DNA from: Bryobacterales bacterium
GTDB taxonomy: Bacteria; Acidobacteriota; Terriglobia; Bryobacterales; UBA6623
DNA: 64,000 nucleotides
Assembly (NCBI GenBank): GCA_963422375.2
Contig: OY729427.2
Span: 928,001 to 992,000, forward strand
Direction: 5' to 3'
The notes beneath the pieces were generated by a model. It searched no databases. It was not told the origin of the DNA and was given only the letters and a program-made list of their open reading frames with translations. Both the position numbers and the translations under genes were made by a program. Below are positions 62,252-64,000 of the stretch, piece by piece. Positions within the stretch are counted from its first letter, which is position 1. Each line of letters opens with the position of its first letter.

Positions 62252-63482
62252 TAGGCCGTCGGGTGGTCAGAGCGCGTTCCCGCACGGACGGTCCACCCAA
62301 CCTTGAGCGGAGATCCCAAGGGACCGGACCTGTTGCGCCGAACTGTCGGCTCCTCGGAACTCGCGTGCGAGACCGGCCTCGCCTGCCGAATAGCTTCCGC
62401 CTGAATTCAAAGTGCCGTGAATCCAGTCTGTCGGCACCGCGTATCGATGCTCAGCAAAGCCCATCCTAGGAGACGCAGCGAATTCGTGAAATAGGAGTTC
62501 TTTCGTGAACTCCAAGTATAAGGTCCAGCGATACTGAACGGATTATTCGGATATTATACCAATATCTATGTGGCCCATATTTGGAAATAATACCAGCTCA
62601 TTTATGAAAAATATCAACTCGATATTCTGACACTTCAGGACTATAATTCATGCTTCGATTAGGATGAGATAAATATGCGGGCCAACAAATGGGAAATTAG
62701 GCAGAATTTACATCCTCCATCCCGTATCCAACTGTATCGTCATTCAGGGCGATTACGAGTACGCACGGCACTTGCTCCAGCAGGGTAGTGACAACCCAAA
62801 GGGGCCCTCACTGGGGGCGAATCCACCGGTGGCCATCCATACATCAGACTGCAACATGCACTGCGACCACGCTCTTCAGGATCCCGTCGGTAGCTACATT
62901 ACATTCGAGTCTGATATACTAGACTCAGTTTGGTAGTATTTCGGACGCGCGCCCCCGAAGAATCAATGACCGTGCTTGCCGAGAGCCCTGCTCCGGGCCG
63001 AATTGCCGCTTCGGCGGGGGCGGTGGCAGAATGGTTCGTCCACCCTCACGCACGCTGGACAGCCCACTCCTGCGATGTCCTCACATTCCAGGAGGCCACC
63101 GGGAGGGGTCTTGTGGTCCAAACCCTCCATGCAGCGAGCGAACCACCGGCAGTCCGACTGCACCCCAACCCGTCTCGCTGCTCGGTCTACCGCGATGACA
63201 CGCTTGGCGATTCAGCAGCCCCCGCTCCCGCTGAAGAACGGTCACCTGCCGTGTCATTCTTGGAGCCTACCTCCGATGCCCGATCATGGTCCCGTTCGCG
63301 AGAGTGGCAACGGACTCTGTGTTGGCTCACGCATTCCGCTTGTCCGGTCGCTTCCTCCTCGAGTGGATCTCAGGGTTGCCAACCATGGATCTGAAATGGG
63401 AGAGACAGAGAGCGCATCCGACGGTCCGGGGTCAGACAGGAATCGGCAATCGCCTCAGCTCCTCTGCCGCAAGCGCAATTTC

Positions 63483-64000
63483 ATGACAATCCACAAATCC
63501 AGCGAATATCTCGCAAGCCTTGTGAACGAGCTGCAGAGCATACATGGGGAATCGGAGTGGGTCGAGTTCTAGGTGAATCAACACCAGCCAAAGGAAATCG
63601 GCGAATACCTTTCAGCTCTCGCTAACTCTGCGGCACTCGTCGGAAAGGCGTACGCCTATATGGTCTGGGGTATTTCGGACCATAACCGAGAGATCATTGG
63701 AACTAGATTCAATCCAAGCCGAGAGAAAGTTGGTAATGAAAATCTTGAAATCTGGCTACCTTGCCTGATGGAACCGAAGATTCAATTTCACTTTTACGGG
63801 ATTTCAATTGATGACAACCCGGTAGTCTTACTTGAAATTGAGAGAGCATCTCACCGGCCTGTTCGCTTTAGTGGACAAGAATATATTCGCGTTGGTTCCT
63901 ACAAGAAAAATCTAAGATAATTCCCAGAGAAGGAACGATTGTTGTGGCGCATCTTTGATCAGACTCCATTTGAGGAGCGCATTGCGGCCGAGCGGGTCCA
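63483..64000 (+). pseudogene. AlbA_2/Schlafen-like DNA-binding domain protein (partial), two premature stops
   Basis: ESEWVEF*VN..EIGEYLSALANSA..YMVWGISD..YIRVGSYKKNLR*FPEKER; TAG 63570-63572 and TAA 63918-63920 in the same frame. Confidence 0.85.

Noticed and set aside
62500..63480. AT-rich region with small hairpins and 150-200 aa ORFs
   Set aside because: No recognisable protein or RNA family; likely decayed foreign DNA.
63570..63572. TAG readthrough (pyrrolysine or alternative genetic code)
   Set aside because: TAG ends many intact genes in the window, and the same gene has a second TAA stop.

Overview
GC-rich bacterial chromosome segment, most likely Acidobacteriota (Bryobacterales-like). 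This is inferred from tandem acidobacterial VWA proteins, an S8 protease with a Solibacter-type C-terminal domain, several CRTAC1/FG-GAP proteins, many TPR proteins and a carboxypeptidase-regulatory-domain TonB receptor. From 1 to 44 kb it is mostly intact housekeeping and catabolic genes (mreBC, nth, glpD, pyrD, add, xseA, pta, pyrG, iolG, a sulfatase). This stretch is interrupted by a decaying FG-GAP cluster (15-20.8 kb) and a complete IS with terminal inverted repeats and CTAG flanks. From 44.5 to 64 kb it is accessory mosaic DNA: a TcmP/DUF5131 pair, a group II intron remnant, an IS1634 remnant, a TIR plus membrane-protein putative defence cassette, a fixed-spacing box repeat, and an AlbA-type pseudogene. 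The best lead is an in-frame UGA (16698-16700) followed by a bacterial SECIS-like hairpin inside a secreted FG-GAP/ASPIC/thioredoxin/TPR gene, i.e. a candidate selenoprotein family. No tRNA, rRNA or CRISPR array was recognised. All family assignments come from motif recognition by eye, not from database searches.
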